Positions 19,855 through 29,678 of a stretch of DNA of 64,000 nucleotides are shown in pieces. The notes beneath the pieces were generated by a model. The model was given only the letters and a program-made list of their open reading frames with translations, was not told where the DNA came from and made no database searches. A program made the position numbers and the translations under genes. The DNA comes from Candidatus Nomurabacteria bacterium (GTDB lineage: Bacteria; Patescibacteriota; Minisyncoccia; Phycocordibacterales; UBA918): assembly GCA_023898585.1 (NCBI GenBank), contig CP060229.1, positions 526,763-590,762 on the forward strand. The letters are read 5' to 3'. Within the stretch, counting starts at the first letter, position 1. Every line of letters starts with the position of its first letter.

Positions 19855-20398
19855 GTTTGTTTTTTGTAAGTAGTTCGTTAAGGTGTCTCTGCCATGACAT
19901 TTCCCAGATGCTCAAGGCAATCTGAGGAGACTCTTTGAGGGGGTGAATAACCGGCTTTTCCGTAGGCCAAGGGTCTTTTTCGGCGAATACGTAAACCGTT
20001 TTTTTTTCTAAAATACCATGTATAAATCTTTGAAATAAATTTGACCGTGTCCTTTTTAAAGCCGGTTTGTCACTTTTCATTAAGATAATAGGAATTTTTC
20101 TGAAAAAGAATTTGATCAGGGCGGGTAACTCTACGGACGGACCGTTTTGTATCAGGATTAATTCTTGTTTTGGTGGAATTTTTTGCAAAGCTCGTAAGAA
20201 ACCAATCGCTCTAGCAATGGGAGAGAGTCGCTTATCGACACACTCCATATGAACAGAGTTAATTTTCTCCGGTAAATGACCATATAAAACGATAGTAACA
20301 TCGTGCTTACTTGACAGTCGAGAAGCCAGTTCTTTGGTGTATTCGGCAGAATAAGTAGTGTCCGGCGGAAACAAAGGAGTCAAGATTGTGATTCTCAT
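19847..20398 (-). CDS. Hypothetical protein with GT4 N-terminal-domain-like start (MRITILTPLFPP). Possibly an accessory or split glycosyltransferase subunit.
   Basis: 183-aa ORF that overlaps the downstream minus-strand gene by 8 nt, giving an operon on the - strand. Confidence 0.4.
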   Translation of the reverse strand: MRITILTPLFPPDTTYSAEYTKELASRLSSKHDVTIVLYGHLPEKINSVHMECVDKRLSPIARAIGFLRALQKIPPKQELILIQNGPSVELPALIKFFFRKIPIILMKSDKPALKRTRSNLFQRFIHGILEKKTVYVFAEKDPWPTEKPVIHPLKESPQIALSIWEMSWQRHLNELLTKNKHD

Positions 20399-20466
20399 AG
20401 GGAGATTATATCGTAAAATACCGACATTGTGATAACCATTATTATTTACAATTCGTTATACTCTTT

Positions 20467-21474
20467 ATGAAAAAGAAAAATGTGGTGGTCATTGGTGGAG
20501 GAACCGGAACTCACACTGTTTTACAAGGCCTGAAACAGCACCACGATAGAATAAACATTTCGGCCGTCGTGACCATGGCCGATTCCGGCGGTTCTACCGG
20601 TCGCCTGCGTGATGAATTCGGGTATCTGCCGGTTGGCGACGTGCGGATGGCGCTCGTAGCCTTAGCCAGTGAAGTGGATGAGCACGAAGAATTGTTGCGA
20701 AAACTTTTCATGCATCGGTTTGAAAGAGGTGGCGATTTGTCGGGACACAATTTCGGCAACTTGTTTCTGGTAGCGTTAACCGACATTCTCGGTTCAGAGG
20801 AAGAAGCGATAAAAGTGGCGGGGAAGTTGTTGCGAGTCATGGGGACGGTCGTTCCTGTGACAACAGAAAAAATCAATCTCGTTGCTACTTACGACGATGG
20901 AGTGGTGGTGGTCGGTGAACATGACATAGATGAGCCGGTTAAAAACAGAGTAAATAATTCTATCGTCAACATCTCAGTCACTCCCCGGGCGACTATTAGC
21001 GACTCCGCCAAGAAAGTGATAACAGAAGCGGATTTGCTGGTTTTGGGTCCAGGTGATTTGTACACGAGCGTGTTGGCTAATTGTGTAGTAGCTGGAGTCA
21101 GAGAGGCGATTGGTAAATCGTCAGCCAAAGTAGTCTATGTCAGTAACTTGATGACTAAAAATGGCCAAACATCCGGCATGGGGGTTAAGGAGCATGTGTC
21201 TGAAATAGTTAAATATACCAGTAGAGAGATAGATTATTTAGTGGTGAACAACACCTTTCTACCAGAGAATCTTTTAAAGAATTATGCCAGAAGTCAGGAG
21301 TTTCCGGTTTTGATGAACGTTGACCCCCAACGAGTGTCTTTTAAAGTGATCGCGACCGATCTCTTGTCATCTGCTAAGGTTGAGAAAGTTAACGGGGACG
21401 TTTTGCGAAGAAGTTTGATTCGTCATGATCCGAAAAAATTAGCCAGTGTCTTGTTGGACATAGTTTGTCATTAA
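20467..21474 (+). CDS. YvcK/CofD-family (UPF0052, gluconeogenesis-factor/2-phospho-L-lactate-transferase-like) protein
   Basis: VVVIGGGTGTHTVLQGLK...AVVTMADSGGSTGRLRDEFGYLPVGDVRMALVAL is the family signature. Confidence 0.8.
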   Translation: MKKKNVVVIGGGTGTHTVLQGLKQHHDRINISAVVTMADSGGSTGRLRDEFGYLPVGDVRMALVALASEVDEHEELLRKLFMHRFERGGDLSGHNFGNLFLVALTDILGSEEEAIKVAGKLLRVMGTVVPVTTEKINLVATYDDGVVVVGEHDIDEPVKNRVNNSIVNISVTPRATISDSAKKVITEADLLVLGPGDLYTSVLANCVVAGVREAIGKSSAKVVYVSNLMTKNGQTSGMGVKEHVSEIVKYTSREIDYLVVNNTFLPENLLKNYARSQEFPVLMNVDPQRVSFKVIATDLLSSAKVEKVNGDVLRRSLIRHDPKKLASVLLDIVCH

Positions 21475-21524
21475 AAATCTTTAATGTACAGAATTTTTCA
21501 GGCCGATTATATTATAATGTGAAT

Positions 21525-22637
21525 ATGAAAATAACGATCGCCACCGGATTGTATCCGCCGGAGATAGGAGGGCCGGCCACCTACGCAACCATGCTGGAAA
21601 AAGAGTTACCCGCGCGCGGTTTTGTGGTAAAGGTCGTCCCTTTTGGTCTAGTCCGTCATTATCCGAAGGTCATCAGACATATCGTTTACACTTGGAGGTT
21701 GTGGCGGGAGAGTAAAAAAACTGATGTTATCTACGCCCTAGATCCGACCAGTGTCGGGTTGCCCGCGCTCGTTGTGTCGTGGCTCACGGGTAGAGTTTTT
21801 GTACTACGTGTTCCTGGGGATTATGCTTGGGAACAGGCCCAGTTTCGTTTTGGTGTAACAGATCGATTGCATGATTTTATAAAGAATAGATATGGATATG
21901 GTTTGCGAACCAGTCTACTTTGTTGGATGGAAGGATTTGTGGCGAAGAATGCAAAGCGTGTGATAGTGCCGAGTTATTATGTTAAGTATGTAGTAGAACA
22001 GTGGGGAGTAGACAAAAATAATATACAAGTGATATATAGCGCATTATCTCCTTTGGAGACTATCGGTTCATACAAACAAATTAGAGAACAACTCAATTAT
22101 AATGGTTTTACGATTGTAAGTGCTAGTCGGTTGGTTCCCAACAAGGGCTTCTCTGTTCTTCTGGAAGTTTTTTCAGAATTGCTCACTATGACTGATGTTA
22201 CCCTAATTATTATAGGTGATGGTCCAGAACAGGATAAACTCAAAAATCTTGTCATGAAATTTAACATGTCAGATAAAGTAAAGTTTACAGGTAAATTATC
22301 AAAATTAAATTTAGGCACTGCTATAAAAGGAGCTGATTTGTTTGTATTGAATACTGCACATGAGGGCTTGTCACACCAATTGATTGAAGTGATGGACATC
22401 GGCACTCCTATAGTTACAACTCGAGTTGGTGGCAATCCGGAACTCATAACAGACGGTGTGCACGGATATCTTGTTCCTTTTAATGATCATAATGCGTTGA
22501 AACTGGCAATTATACATGCAATCGAACATCCTGAGTTGCTGAGACGCATCGTACAATCCGCTCGTGGACGCTCCAAGCAGTTTTCTAAAGATATAGTCAT
22601 AAAACAAATCGATCAGATGTTGAGAGAAATTAGCTAG
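21525..22637 (+). CDS. Glycosyltransferase family 4
   Basis: Start taken at ATG 21525 (MKITIATGLYPPEIGGPATYA). C-terminal EGLSHQLIEVMDIGTPIVTTRVGGNPELI is the GT4 motif. Confidence 0.8.
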   Translation: MKITIATGLYPPEIGGPATYATMLEKELPARGFVVKVVPFGLVRHYPKVIRHIVYTWRLWRESKKTDVIYALDPTSVGLPALVVSWLTGRVFVLRVPGDYAWEQAQFRFGVTDRLHDFIKNRYGYGLRTSLLCWMEGFVAKNAKRVIVPSYYVKYVVEQWGVDKNNIQVIYSALSPLETIGSYKQIREQLNYNGFTIVSASRLVPNKGFSVLLEVFSELLTMTDVTLIIIGDGPEQDKLKNLVMKFNMSDKVKFTGKLSKLNLGTAIKGADLFVLNTAHEGLSHQLIEVMDIGTPIVTTRVGGNPELITDGVHGYLVPFNDHNALKLAIIHAIEHPELLRRIVQSARGRSKQFSKDIVIKQIDQMLREIS

Positions 22638-22727
22638 TCCAAGGGCAGCCCTCGGGAACCCCGGGCAGAAGAGAAGCGTCACAATTTCTTTATTGAATAA
22701 GAGAAAGACTGATATACTAATAAAACA

Positions 22728-24074
22728 ATGGCAAGACGAGATCTTTCTAAATTCGATGCTTCCACACACGCAGCTTCCGAACTGGAGTATATAATTCGCA
22801 GTGAAAAAAAGGCCTCGGAACCGCAGGTGCCAACCGTCACCCCAGAACAGGCAATGAAAGACGAGCGGATGTTCAAAGTGTCATCAAATCGTGATGTAAC
22901 CCGCGTACTTTTTATCTCCAGAAACACCGAACTTCTAAACCCCACACAACAATCCCTTGATGGCTACATAGACATCTCCGATCTTTTTGATGAAGTACAC
23001 ATCATGATTTTGCGACAGGGTATACCGTCGAAGAATCCGGCTTTGCGAGTGGCACACAATGTTTGGATATACACCGTATCTTCAAAATTTTGGTGGCTGA
23101 CCCCGAAAAATGGAGTTGAAATGGCTTCCGAACAACTTGAATTTGCGTCCGGTTTCCGACCAGATTTGATTGTCGCCAGAGATCCGTTTGAGTCGGCTAT
23201 TTTGGCTTATAAATTGGGTAAAAAATATGGACGACCAACTCAACTGCATGTTCTAGAAGACTACAGCACAAGCGATTTTACCCAAAAAAGTGAAAACAAT
23301 TTCTGGAGACTGTTTTTGCCGATTTTTACCATTCCGCTTTTCCAAAGTGTGCGGACAATGACCGCCACCGTTCAAAATATGTTGCAGAGAAAATTTGTTA
23401 TCTCGGATGTCAATGTTCTTCCCAAATACCAGAATTACGAATCTCTCATCGACTCGGAAAAACAAATTGCTCTAAAAGACAAATATAAACCACTCATTTT
23501 TTTTATTCTCTTTATCGGTAAACTCACACATCAAAGCAACCTGCACCACGCCATAGATGCGACCCGTTTTGTTTTGCGTAATCCTCGAGTGGGGATGTTG
23601 ATTTTGGGAGACGGCCCGGAAAGGGAAGGATTTAAGAGAAGAGCTAGGCTTTTGGGTATAGAAAAGCAAGTTATATTTGAAACCAAGGTGTCAGACATAG
23701 AACCGTTTTTGAAGTCTGCCAATTTACTGATTGTAACCGACACCGATGCGGATAGTGAAGAGTTGGTTTTGAAAGGAGCGGCGTCCGGAATTCCGATGGT
23801 GATGGCAAGGACCGAAAAAAGAGAAGACACTTTTACTCATGGTAATTCAGCTTTTCTCTGTAATGTGACCGACGTCCAAGCTTTAACAGACAGAATAAAT
23901 GATTTGTTAAACGACGTCAGCCTAAGGAGCAGATTTAAAATTAACAGCCAGTCGATTATCCGGCAACAATTTCACACTGATCCGGGTGAATACTTGGAAG
24001 CCTATCGAACCAGCATAGAACAGGCTTTTTTCGTCGGTTCTGAGGTGGAAGGTGAGGACGGTCAAATTGTTTAG
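22728..24074 (+). CDS. GT4-like glycosyltransferase with divergent N-terminal domain
   Basis: C-terminal half (LIFFILFIGKLTHQSN...MLILGDGPEREGFKRRARLLGIEKQVIFETK) has GT-B/GT4 organisation. Confidence 0.6.
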   Translation: MARRDLSKFDASTHAASELEYIIRSEKKASEPQVPTVTPEQAMKDERMFKVSSNRDVTRVLFISRNTELLNPTQQSLDGYIDISDLFDEVHIMILRQGIPSKNPALRVAHNVWIYTVSSKFWWLTPKNGVEMASEQLEFASGFRPDLIVARDPFESAILAYKLGKKYGRPTQLHVLEDYSTSDFTQKSENNFWRLFLPIFTIPLFQSVRTMTATVQNMLQRKFVISDVNVLPKYQNYESLIDSEKQIALKDKYKPLIFFILFIGKLTHQSNLHHAIDATRFVLRNPRVGMLILGDGPEREGFKRRARLLGIEKQVIFETKVSDIEPFLKSANLLIVTDTDADSEELVLKGAASGIPMVMARTEKREDTFTHGNSAFLCNVTDVQALTDRINDLLNDVSLRSRFKINSQSIIRQQFHTDPGEYLEAYRTSIEQAFFVGSEVEGEDGQIV

Positions 24075-24098
24075 AATGGTACGAGTGATGTGCTATGA

Positions 24099-24983
24099 TT
24101 GCCATCGAGTATGAATATGGAAAATCTTACCGCGTTAATTAAACCTCACTCAACCATCGACAAAGACGATATTCATGTGTCAAAAGAAATTGTCGATAGA
24201 ACGGTTTGGGACAAGCTCGCTATAGAGAATCCCACCCATGCCGTTATTTCAGCTAAAGACGAGGAATCCGAAGCTGAAAAATCGGTTGAGCAAATTGCCG
24301 ATATCATGGGTCATCTTAATGAGAATGATGTGCTGTTGGATTTGGGAGCTGGATACGGCCGGGTGGCCAAACATCTTTTGCCAAAAAAGAAGCTCGGTGG
24401 CTACGTTGGAGTGGATAGTTCTTACGAAATGCTGTCGCTTTTCAAAAGACGTTATGACCAAAGTTCCGATGAACAAAAAACCCCGGTGTTTTTTCTAAAT
24501 GCCGACATCCACACTTTACCACTCAAAGACAACTCAATAGACGTGGTGATTGTCTGCGCAGTCTTTTTACACAACCACAAAAGCGTCGTTGCGAACGCTA
24601 TGGCCGAAATAAGACGGGTGGTTAAACCGGGTGGTCGAGTATTGGTTTATTCTTCTTTTCCGCGTTTCGCCACATTCATGGGTTTGCAGGGGCAAGTCTA
24701 TCAGGCTTTACTCAACTTACTGGGTCGACCCTTTAAAAACGGACCGGTGAGATATTATAGTCGCCGTGAAGTCAATCGTCTGTTTCAAGACTTCGCGGAG
24801 GTGGAATTAAAACCGGTCGGTTTTACCATTTTACCGAAAACTCTCATTTTTCTACCTGGTTTTCTTGAGGTTATTTATCGAGTCGGTTTAGCTAATCCGC
24901 TTAACAAGATTCTGGAAATAATCACTCCCGCTTTCGTTAAACCTTACTTTGCGGTCCATTATGATGTAGTCGCTAAACTTTGA
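24099..24983 (+). CDS. Class I SAM-dependent methyltransferase
   Basis: Motif I VLLDLGAGYGRVAKHL. Motif VKPGGRVLVYS. Confidence 0.7.
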   Translation: MPSSMNMENLTALIKPHSTIDKDDIHVSKEIVDRTVWDKLAIENPTHAVISAKDEESEAEKSVEQIADIMGHLNENDVLLDLGAGYGRVAKHLLPKKKLGGYVGVDSSYEMLSLFKRRYDQSSDEQKTPVFFLNADIHTLPLKDNSIDVVIVCAVFLHNHKSVVANAMAEIRRVVKPGGRVLVYSSFPRFATFMGLQGQVYQALLNLLGRPFKNGPVRYYSRREVNRLFQDFAEVELKPVGFTILPKTLIFLPGFLEVIYRVGLANPLNKILEIITPAFVKPYFAVHYDVVAKL

Positions 24984-24994
24984 GTATATATACT

Positions 24995-26101
24995 ATGGCG
25001 GAAAGAAAAAACATTTTATCAATCGGTAGGGACAGTACGATATGTGAGATAGGCTCGCAACTTCATACTCGTGCAACGGAATACGATAAATACCATACTT
25101 TTACAACCCTGGTTATGAACCCCGGGAAAGAAAAAAGCGTTCAAGTTGGCAACAGTAGGGCGGTATTGGTGGGTGGAAGTAACATCATCACGGCATTCTT
25201 GAAGACCTTTTTTTCGGCCTTTCGGGAAGCCAAGAAAAATCAGTTTGACTTAGTTACGACTCAAGATGTTTTGTACGCCGGTTTGGTCGGTCTCTTTATT
25301 GCCAAAGTTTTTAAAATTCCGTTGTATGTTCAGGTACACGGAGATCATCTCGATAATGAGCGATGGTTTAAAAGCAAAGTAGGTAAGTTTAACCGGCTCA
25401 TGAATGTGGTCGGAAAATATATCTTGAAGCGGGGAGATCAGGTAAGGGCGGTAAGTGAACGTCTGAGAAAGCAACTCATTTCAAACTACAATCTGGATCC
25501 AGAAAAAATAATTTCTATTCCGATCGGGACTGATCTTGCAAAATTTGCTCCCAACGAGAACGTTAAAAGACAAAAAACGATAGCCTTTGCGCAACGCTTG
25601 ATTTTGGAGAAATGCCCTTTTTTGCTTGTTGCTGTAACTAGTAGGATTCTCAAAAAGTATCCGGACGTAAATATCTCGATTGCTGGAGATGGAGTACTGA
25701 GAGGAGAAATGGAAGAAATGTATAGGAAATCAGGACTTTTATCGCGGGTGAATTTCCTCGGGATGGTCGATCATCGATCTTTAGTCTCGCTGTATCAATC
25801 ATCATTTTGTTATCTGCACACTGCCGACTGGGAAGGTTGGGGTATGCCGATGATCGAGGCGATGGCGACCGGTTGTCCGGTTGTTACCACCGATACCGGT
25901 TGTGCCGGCGAAGCGATCAGACACAATGAAACAGGTCTTGTTACTTCTATCAATGATGAAGACGCTCTGGTTGCAGAAGTAGAGCGATTACTTGACGACG
26001 ACCGACTCTGGAAAAATCTGTCAAAGCAGGGTATTATCGAAGCACAGCAGTGGTCCTTTAGTGTGCTTGCTCGAAAAAACATGGAGTGGTATGGAAGGTG
26101 A
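24995..26101 (+). CDS. Glycosyltransferase family 4
   Basis: EGWGMPMIEAMATGCPVVTTDTGCAGEAIRHNETGLV. Start taken at ATG 24995, since the track start is TTG. Confidence 0.85.
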   Translation: MAERKNILSIGRDSTICEIGSQLHTRATEYDKYHTFTTLVMNPGKEKSVQVGNSRAVLVGGSNIITAFLKTFFSAFREAKKNQFDLVTTQDVLYAGLVGLFIAKVFKIPLYVQVHGDHLDNERWFKSKVGKFNRLMNVVGKYILKRGDQVRAVSERLRKQLISNYNLDPEKIISIPIGTDLAKFAPNENVKRQKTIAFAQRLILEKCPFLLVAVTSRILKKYPDVNISIAGDGVLRGEMEEMYRKSGLLSRVNFLGMVDHRSLVSLYQSSFCYLHTADWEGWGMPMIEAMATGCPVVTTDTGCAGEAIRHNETGLVTSINDEDALVAEVERLLDDDRLWKNLSKQGIIEAQQWSFSVLARKNMEWYGR

Positions 26102-27050
26102 AACCAAAAGAAAAAAAATTCTGATAACCGGCGTTGGAGGCCCGGCCGGTATTAATATTTCCAGATTATTCAAAGACAGAGAGGATGTCGAGGTGCTAGG
26201 GTGCGACTCCGACGATACCGCCTCCGGTCAGATTTTCACGGATCGTTTTCTTGTTTGTCCACTGGCAACCGATGGTTCCTACAAGAATTGGACTAAGGAC
26301 ATAGTGCGGAGCGAAAAAATCGATCTATTAATTCCGACGGTAGGGGAGGAACTTCTGATTCTCGCTCGTTTTATTGATGAGCTTCCAACCAGCGTCATGG
26401 TTTCCTCTGTAGAGACACTGCAAACTCTCGACGACAAACTGATGGCGTATAATTTCGTCGCCGACAACCTACCACAATATTGTCCCGAGTTCGTCTCTTT
26501 ATCTCAGTGGACTGAGAGTTGGACTGAGAGTGAGTCATTTTTTATAAAACCTCGCCGAGGTCGTGGTAGTCGTGGTTGTCGCATCGTTAGTTTCGGTGAG
26601 TTGGCTTGGATTAAAGAAAACATCAGTAATCCCGAAGATTATATTGTCATGGAGAACCTTATCGGTACCGAGTGGACAGTTGACGCTTACGTTGCGAATA
26701 ATGGGAGTATCGCCTATCTTGTTCCCCGTGAACGCCTTGCTTTATCGGGAGGAATTTCGGTTAAAGGCAGGACGATAAAAAATGAGGAGGTAATAGACGC
26801 AACCAAACTATTACTGAGCAAGTTACCATCTAAAGGACCGGTTTGCGTGCAGTGGAAAGCCGACTCGACCGGAAAACCTAAGTTTATTGAGATGAATCCG
26901 CGTCTCTCCGGAGGACTGATGATCAGTGTCGGGGCCGGTATCGACCCAGTGGGGGCCATCTTGTCGGATTTAAATAAAGAAGCAGTTGTCTATCAAGACT
27001 GGAAAGAGGTAACAGTGGTCGGCCACACGGATTATAATTTTTTAAGATAA
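26091..27050 (+). CDS. ATP-grasp domain enzyme (carbamoyl-phosphate-synthase-L-like ATP-grasp; probable carboxylate-amine ligase acting on a sugar/amino-acid substrate)
   Basis: N-terminal KKILITGVGGPAGINISRLF. C-terminal ATP-grasp motif KFIEMNPRLSGG. The ATG at 26091 overlaps the upstream stop by 11 nt. Confidence 0.7.
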   Translation: MEGETKRKKILITGVGGPAGINISRLFKDREDVEVLGCDSDDTASGQIFTDRFLVCPLATDGSYKNWTKDIVRSEKIDLLIPTVGEELLILARFIDELPTSVMVSSVETLQTLDDKLMAYNFVADNLPQYCPEFVSLSQWTESWTESESFFIKPRRGRGSRGCRIVSFGELAWIKENISNPEDYIVMENLIGTEWTVDAYVANNGSIAYLVPRERLALSGGISVKGRTIKNEEVIDATKLLLSKLPSKGPVCVQWKADSTGKPKFIEMNPRLSGGLMISVGAGIDPVGAILSDLNKEAVVYQDWKEVTVVGHTDYNFLR

Positions 27051-27060
27051 CGAAATTAAT

Positions 27061-27678
27061 ATGAAAATACTTGCCATTGGTTCACATCCAGATGACGTTG
27101 AAATCGGTTGCGGTGGTTCTTTGATTAAGCACAGAGCTCTTAAGCACAGTGTCAAGGTGTTGGTTTTGACCGGTGGCGGTCGAGGGGGAGACGGTGATGA
27201 TGAGGATGACCTAGTATTGACTCGTTTTCAGGAAGCCAAAAATGCCGCCGATCTCATGGACGTGGACATCGATTTTTTTGACTATGCCGATACGGAGATT
27301 CCTGGTACGCATGACGTTATCGCACGGATCGAAGAGCTGGTGGCCGAATTTAAACCAGACCGAGTTTACATACCGTTTGAACAAGATTCACACCAGGACC
27401 ATCGTAATACCTCGCGCGTTGCGAAGGCTGCTTGCAGAAAGGTAAAACAGATATTAGAGTACGAGGAGCCGTCAAGTTACAGTACATTTAATGCCAATTT
27501 TTGGATTGACATAACACCGCACATCGAGAAAAAACTGGAAGCTATCAAACTCCATGTCAGTCAAGGACATAAAGAGATTTTGAAAGCAAAATCAATAGAA
27601 GGCTTAAATCTCTACCGAGGCTATCAATCTCACGTGCAATACGCGGAAGGTTTTTCCACCTTTAGGTACTTGGAGTAG
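27061..27678 (+). CDS. PIG-L/LmbE-family N-acetylglucosaminyl deacetylase
   Basis: MKILAIGSHPDDVEIGCGGSLIKH (the HPDD-E-GxGG motif of PIG-L), with a His-rich zinc site HQDH downstream. Confidence 0.8.
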   Translation: MKILAIGSHPDDVEIGCGGSLIKHRALKHSVKVLVLTGGGRGGDGDDEDDLVLTRFQEAKNAADLMDVDIDFFDYADTEIPGTHDVIARIEELVAEFKPDRVYIPFEQDSHQDHRNTSRVAKAACRKVKQILEYEEPSSYSTFNANFWIDITPHIEKKLEAIKLHVSQGHKEILKAKSIEGLNLYRGYQSHVQYAEGFSTFRYLE

Positions 27679-27686
27679 TTATAATC

Positions 27687-28400
27687 ATGAAATGCGTAAT
27701 TTTTGATATTGACGGTACGCTGATAGACGAAGCGCACCGTCTTGAAATGCAAACTGATTCCGTTGCAAAATGGTTTGGTGACAGCTCAGAAGAGAAACAA
27801 TCGGTCATTGATGAATTTTTTGCCGTTAATGACCGGGCGCAAGTTCTTAAAAATCAAGGACAGCCACAGTTCAAGAACAACATCCCGTGGTACATGCAAG
27901 AAATCGGGCATAAACTGGGTGTGAACGTTAGTGAAGAAGAAGCGAAAATCATGGCCGAGAAATGGAGCTCGGCCTACGATGATTCACACGAAAATCCTCA
28001 ACTGTTTCCCGACGTGGTGGATGTTTTGCAGGCTCTCAGGGAGAAGGGTGTGGAGATGTTGGTGGCGAGTGGAAATACAGAGAAGACGAGAAAAATCATT
28101 CTCAGTCAAACGGGGATAGAAGATTACTTCGAAGCGATTTACACAGCCATTGATATCGGTTTCCAAAAGCAAGACGTGCGTTTTTGGCAGGTAGTTTTGA
28201 GAGAAATAAATTACGCGCCAGGGGAAATTGTGGTAGTAGGTAATCAGATAAACGACGATGTCGTCCATCCGCAATCTCTCGGTCTCACTACTGTCCTCGT
28301 GAACCGTCCCGGCGTGCTACGTAAAAATCTCGGCTCCAAGGATGTAGCACCGGACTACACCATAAATGACCTTCAACGGTTAGTTGAAATTGTCGGTTAA
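27687..28400 (+). CDS. HAD-superfamily hydrolase (phosphatase)
   Basis: Motif I VIFDIDGTLID. Motif III/IV VVGNQINDDV. Confidence 0.8.
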   Translation: MKCVIFDIDGTLIDEAHRLEMQTDSVAKWFGDSSEEKQSVIDEFFAVNDRAQVLKNQGQPQFKNNIPWYMQEIGHKLGVNVSEEEAKIMAEKWSSAYDDSHENPQLFPDVVDVLQALREKGVEMLVASGNTEKTRKIILSQTGIEDYFEAIYTAIDIGFQKQDVRFWQVVLREINYAPGEIVVVGNQINDDVVHPQSLGLTTVLVNRPGVLRKNLGSKDVAPDYTINDLQRLVEIVG

Positions 28401-28490
28401 GCAGAATCGCTGATCAAACCCGAACGGACGGTCAGCGATTGTTTTTTAAATATCTGGGGTTTATAAGGTAGGCGAACACAATGTATACTC

Positions 28491-29588
28491 ATGACTATGA
28501 AGAAAATATGTTTTGTGATGCAGTCAGCTACGCCGGGAACCCACATGGATTACGTGTATGAGATGGCGCGTGTCCTTCATGATGAGGAAAAATTGCCACT
28601 GACGTTGATTCTTGAAAAAGGCTCAATTTCAGTACAGCCGAAGTGGGTGATCCCACAAAAGTTTCACCTGACCCCACTCAGGATAATTGAGAATTTCCTT
28701 TTGATTTGTTCACTTAGGTTCACCGGACACAAAACTTTTTACATTCACTATTCTTTTCTCAGCGCCATTTCAGCCGGAATAATAACCAAATTATTTGGTG
28801 GCACGGTCTATTATTGGAACGCTGGTATGCCTTGGCAGTATAAAAGACCGTGGGTGGAGAATTTGTATCAAAAGTTGGCTTTCAAGATGATTGATTATCT
28901 GGTCACGGGAGCTGGAGCTTTGATTCCGGGCTACTGTGATTACTACAAGATATTACCGGACAGAGTAAAAGTGATACCGAACTGGATTGATCTTTCTAAA
29001 ATCAATATTGACTTATCTGTCAGAGGTGATTTTCGTGCAGAATTAGGCATTCCTGAGTCCGCCCCGGTATTACTTTTTGTGCAGAAGTTGGCCAAACGCA
29101 AAGGTGCTCATTTACTGCCGGAGATATTTGATAAAGTAAAAAAGGATTGTGTTCATTTGATTATCGCCGGGGACGGCCCGGAAGAAGGTTTTTTGAAAAA
29201 ATGGAAGGGGCAATCTGAGAATAAGGACCGAATTCATATGACGGGGAGGTTGCCAAGAAACCGCATGCAGGAGCTGTATCAAACAGCCGATGTCTTTCTT
29301 TTGCCGTCCGAAGAAGAGGGTTCACCACATTCATTGATAGAAGCCATGGCTTACGGACTGCCTTTTGTCGGTTTTTCTGTTGGTGGTGTGGCCGAAACAT
29401 CTCCACCCGAATTAAAACGTCATTTGCATGAGTTTGGTAATATTGAAGGGATGGTAGAGAGTATAAACTTGTTTCTTTCCGATCCAGCTGAGATAAAGTC
29501 TGTCAAAGAATGTATAAAAAAATGGGTACCGCGTTTTGACAAAGGCAAGGCAGTGGAAAGTTTTAAAGAGTTGTTGCTTGATAGTTAA
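28491..29588 (+). CDS. Glycosyltransferase family 4
   Basis: LPSEEEGSPHSLIEAMAYGLPFVGFSVGGVAE. Confidence 0.8.
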   Translation: MTMKKICFVMQSATPGTHMDYVYEMARVLHDEEKLPLTLILEKGSISVQPKWVIPQKFHLTPLRIIENFLLICSLRFTGHKTFYIHYSFLSAISAGIITKLFGGTVYYWNAGMPWQYKRPWVENLYQKLAFKMIDYLVTGAGALIPGYCDYYKILPDRVKVIPNWIDLSKINIDLSVRGDFRAELGIPESAPVLLFVQKLAKRKGAHLLPEIFDKVKKDCVHLIIAGDGPEEGFLKKWKGQSENKDRIHMTGRLPRNRMQELYQTADVFLLPSEEEGSPHSLIEAMAYGLPFVGFSVGGVAETSPPELKRHLHEFGNIEGMVESINLFLSDPAEIKSVKECIKKWVPRFDKGKAVESFKELLLDS

Positions 29589-29678
29589 AATGGTTATGTG
29601 GATGTTAATCTGGTATATTATCTAACATTATTCCTCTTGCGTCATTAAATTGAGATATCAGAATTAGTAATTGTAAAA

